The translations under genes were made by a program, and so were the position numbers. A DNA stretch of 11,033 nt, taken from contig JAWABJ010000005.1 of NCBI GenBank assembly GCA_038884755.1, forward strand, positions 1 to 11,033. Direction: 5' to 3'. Shown piece after piece: positions 8,628 through 11,033 of this stretch (position 1 is the first letter of the stretch; every line of letters begins with the position of its first letter). Below the pieces are notes generated by a model. That model had not been told where the DNA came from. It did no database searches and saw only the letters and a program-made list of their open reading frames with translations. This stretch comes from Candidatus Norongarragalinales archaeon. GTDB taxonomy: Archaea; Micrarchaeota; Micrarchaeia; Norongarragalinales; Norongarragalinaceae.

Positions 8628-11033
8628 ATGTCAGTCGTCATCATCGCAAACAACCTTAAGCCAGAAGCTGTTGCGCGGCTTGGTGTAACGCAAGTTCAGC
8701 TAGACCTTGCTGAAACCTTTCGCGTGCCGCTGACACGAGAGGTCGAGCGCCTGCAGGATGGCGGACGCATCAAGCGCGACGGCGCGCTAAGGTTCAGCCT
8801 GCCTCAGAGCTTGACGAACGACGCCGTGCTCGTCGACTACGCGACGCCGCTTACCGTTGACCGGTCGTCCGACTACATAGAAGTTAGCATGTTCGTTGAC
8901 GGGGTGCCGATGCCGTTTTCGCGCATGTACGTTGTAGGCAAGAGCGATAAGCAACGGCAATGGGAGGTTGAGGTCGAGCCTGGCGACATGCATTGGTCTG
9001 AGGCTGCGAGTAACAAGCGTGTTAAGGACATTGACTTCGGTTGGTTTGAGTTCACGCATGCAAACATTTTGACCTCATGGCAGCAGCCTCAGTACGACGG
9101 CAACTTTGAGCCGGATGCAGGTGGCGCGAACAAGGCTTACTATTGGCCGGTCGTTGATTACGGCAACTGGGTTGACCGCTCAGAGCCCGACCAAAATGAC
9201 GGCGCGCCAGTCAAGATGGTAGCGCTCGAAGACCTGCGTCCGTTCGTAAACCTTGCCTACGCACTTAAGCGAGGGTTTGCAGAGATTGGATGGAAGTTGG
9301 TCAGCCCAGTACTCGACACCGCTTGGGCGCGTAGGCTCTGGTGCTACCTGCTCAGGCCCGACTATTACGAAGGCACCGGCGCCGACGGCAACAAGTACGG
9401 AAAGTTTTGTCGAATTATTGGGCGCAGCCCGCAAGACGACTTGCAGGTAGATACACTTTCATCGAGCCAGCAGCGCTTCATATATTTCCAAGCACTCGAA
9501 TTTTCCGGCAGCACGTCGGCGACGCTCTTGCATGCCGGAGGGCCTTCGAAGTGGTTGTGCGGTGTCAAGAACGAGCTGCCGTTCAAAGCGAGGTTCCGCG
9601 CGTCAATCAAGTGCGACATCAAGACGACATCGATACCTGTTCTTCCGCGCTCGCTTACGTTCAACGTGCAAGAGGTTGAGGGCGCGCAGAACAACCAGTT
9701 CACTGGCCTAATTCTTTCCGACGATGTAACGCTCGAGGTTCAGCCAAACTCGACGACCTTCTTTTCTGCAGACTTCGAGTTCGACTTAGAGCCTGGCCAG
9801 CGCGCGGCAATACACTGGATGAGCGAGTTTGCCGGAGACGCCTTCATCGTCGGCAAAGGTTTGTACTTTAGGTGCGAGCCGGCAAACCGAGCGTTTACAC
9901 GCGGCGACGCTGTTGATGTGCGCACGGCACTTCGCGACGACGTTACACTGCTCGACCTGCTGAAGTCCTACATGCATCTAATCAATGGGCGTGTAAAAAC
10001 CGACTACGTAAGCCGAACCATCGAGGTGCACCCGGCGCGTCAGTCGAAGGTGCATGATGAACAAGTCGAGGGCTTCATAGATGAGGGTGCACAGGCTGTT
10101 GACGTCAGCCAGCGTGTGGTGTCCGATTCGTTCTCGCTACAATTCAAACGAATAGACCTGAAGCGCTTCAGCCGCTTCGCCTTCGAGCAATCTAGTGATG
10201 CATACATCAAGAGCCTTCCGCTTGCAGAGCCGCCGCACTCGCTCAAGGTCTTGAACGGCGAAGACCTTCAGGATGATGTTGAGCAGTTCGACAACCAACT
10301 GTTCGAACCCACGCTTGAGGGGCAAAGCACCTTGCTGAAGGTGCAGCAGTACAAGTTCATCAACAACCCAAACACCGAGTACGCTCCTCGCCCTCATCTG
10401 CCGCGTCTGTGGGACAACGACGACGGCGAGCGCTCGTTCGATGTCGGGCCGCGCATACTGTTCGCCTTCGGATATGTGAAGCAAAAGAACCCGCGCCCAC
10501 TTAGCGCCAACCTTGCCGACACGTTCGCGAGCATCTTCTTTGAAGCGCCAGACGCATCCACCTCAACCTTTGGTTACGCCACGCAGCTGCGCACGTGGCC
10601 TGTTGACCCTCCGCCAGCCGTTGACGGTAGTGTCGTGTTTGACGGCGCGCGGCCGTCGCTGTTTGCGATGTTCTACGCTCAAGAGTTCAAGGACAGGCAA
10701 AAGGGTGTCCAGGTGGAGGTGCTGCAGTTCATAGATGCGAAAGAGTTCAGCGCGTTTGACTTTAGGCGCCGCTACTCATTCATGTACGAAGGCAGGCAGG
10801 TTAGCGCTTTCGCACTTCAGTTGCGCGACTTCCAGCCTCCGTTACCAACTCCTGTTATTTATGAGGTTCCGGCTCAGACAACAAGCCGCTGTTCGCTGCC
10901 GTGCTCTTGCCTGTTTAGACAGTGCGACTACTTTCAAGAGTTGAATGCAGAGATGACGCCGGCAACCTTTGAACAGATGCGCATACGGTCGTTCAAAGTT
11001 GAGGGCAAAGAGATGATTGAGGCGCCGGTAGTG
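8628..11033 (+). CDS. Large tail tip/hub protein, partial (at least 802 aa, 3' end beyond window)
   Basis: ATG at 8628, 6 nt after the previous stop. Translated by hand with no stop to 11033: MSVVIIANNLKPEAVARLGVTQVQLDLAETF...FSLPQSLTND...YYWPVVDYGNW...EDLRPFV...GPRILF...FDFRRRYSF...EAPVV. Missing from the ORF track because it has no stop in the window. Confidence 0.88.
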   Translation, partial: MSVVIIANNLKPEAVARLGVTQVQLDLAETFRVPLTREVERLQDGGRIKRDGALRFSLPQSLTNDAVLVDYATPLTVDRSSDYIEVSMFVDGVPMPFSRMYVVGKSDKQRQWEVEVEPGDMHWSEAASNKRVKDIDFGWFEFTHANILTSWQQPQYDGNFEPDAGGANKAYYWPVVDYGNWVDRSEPDQNDGAPVKMVALEDLRPFVNLAYALKRGFAEIGWKLVSPVLDTAWARRLWCYLLRPDYYEGTGADGNKYGKFCRIIGRSPQDDLQVDTLSSSQQRFIYFQALEFSGSTSATLLHAGGPSKWLCGVKNELPFKARFRASIKCDIKTTSIPVLPRSLTFNVQEVEGAQNNQFTGLILSDDVTLEVQPNSTTFFSADFEFDLEPGQRAAIHWMSEFAGDAFIVGKGLYFRCEPANRAFTRGDAVDVRTALRDDVTLLDLLKSYMHLINGRVKTDYVSRTIEVHPARQSKVHDEQVEGFIDEGAQAVDVSQRVVSDSFSLQFKRIDLKRFSRFAFEQSSDAYIKSLPLAEPPHSLKVLNGEDLQDDVEQFDNQLFEPTLEGQSTLLKVQQYKFINNPNTEYAPRPHLPRLWDNDDGERSFDVGPRILFAFGYVKQKNPRPLSANLADTFASIFFEAPDASTSTFGYATQLRTWPVDPPPAVDGSVVFDGARPSLFAMFYAQEFKDRQKGVQVEVLQFIDAKEFSAFDFRRRYSFMYEGRQVSAFALQLRDFQPPLPTPVIYEVPAQTTSRCSLPCSCLFRQCDYFQELNAEMTPATFEQMRIRSFKVEGKEMIEAPVV

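Larger units (their letters stand above)
1..11033 (+). mobile_element. Phage/prophage tail morphogenesis module (siphovirus-like), extending beyond both window ends
   Basis: Co-directional genes with overlaps or 4-24 nt gaps, including a clear tape measure protein, a frameshifted chaperone, a gp10-like protein and post-TMP tail tip proteins. No host genes or att site are visible, so free phage and prophage cannot be distinguished. Confidence 0.93.

Noticed and set aside
8787..10944. Short ORFs on both strands in the 3' region
   Set aside because: All lie within the continuous 8628-11033 reading frame.
1..11033. CRISPR array, tRNA, DGR repeats, intron/intein, intrinsic terminators
   Set aside because: No spaced repeats, cloverleaf, duplicated segment, splicing motif or hairpin-plus-U-tract seen by eye. 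The window is almost entirely coding.

Overview
A tail-morphogenesis block from a long-tailed (siphovirus-like) phage or prophage, all on the + strand and tightly packed. Gene order: small hypothetical (5-385), probable tail assembly chaperone (392-1252), Cys-rich tail terminator/completion-like protein (1362-2093), HK97 gp10-like protein (2090-2617), 1449-aa tape measure protein (2622-6971), 541-aa post-TMP structural protein (6996-8621), and a large tail tip/hub protein from 8628 that runs off the window end (not in the ORF track). Protein motifs and the lack of Shine-Dalgarno sites suggest a Bacteroidota host (inference). The main hidden feature is a T9 slippery run (1057-1065) in the chaperone gene that opens a start-less -1 frame of 102 sense codons ending at 1365 and overlapping the next ATG, i.e. 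a lambda G/GT-type programmed frameshift. The window is also strongly depleted of GATC (1 site found by eye) and GGWCC (none found).
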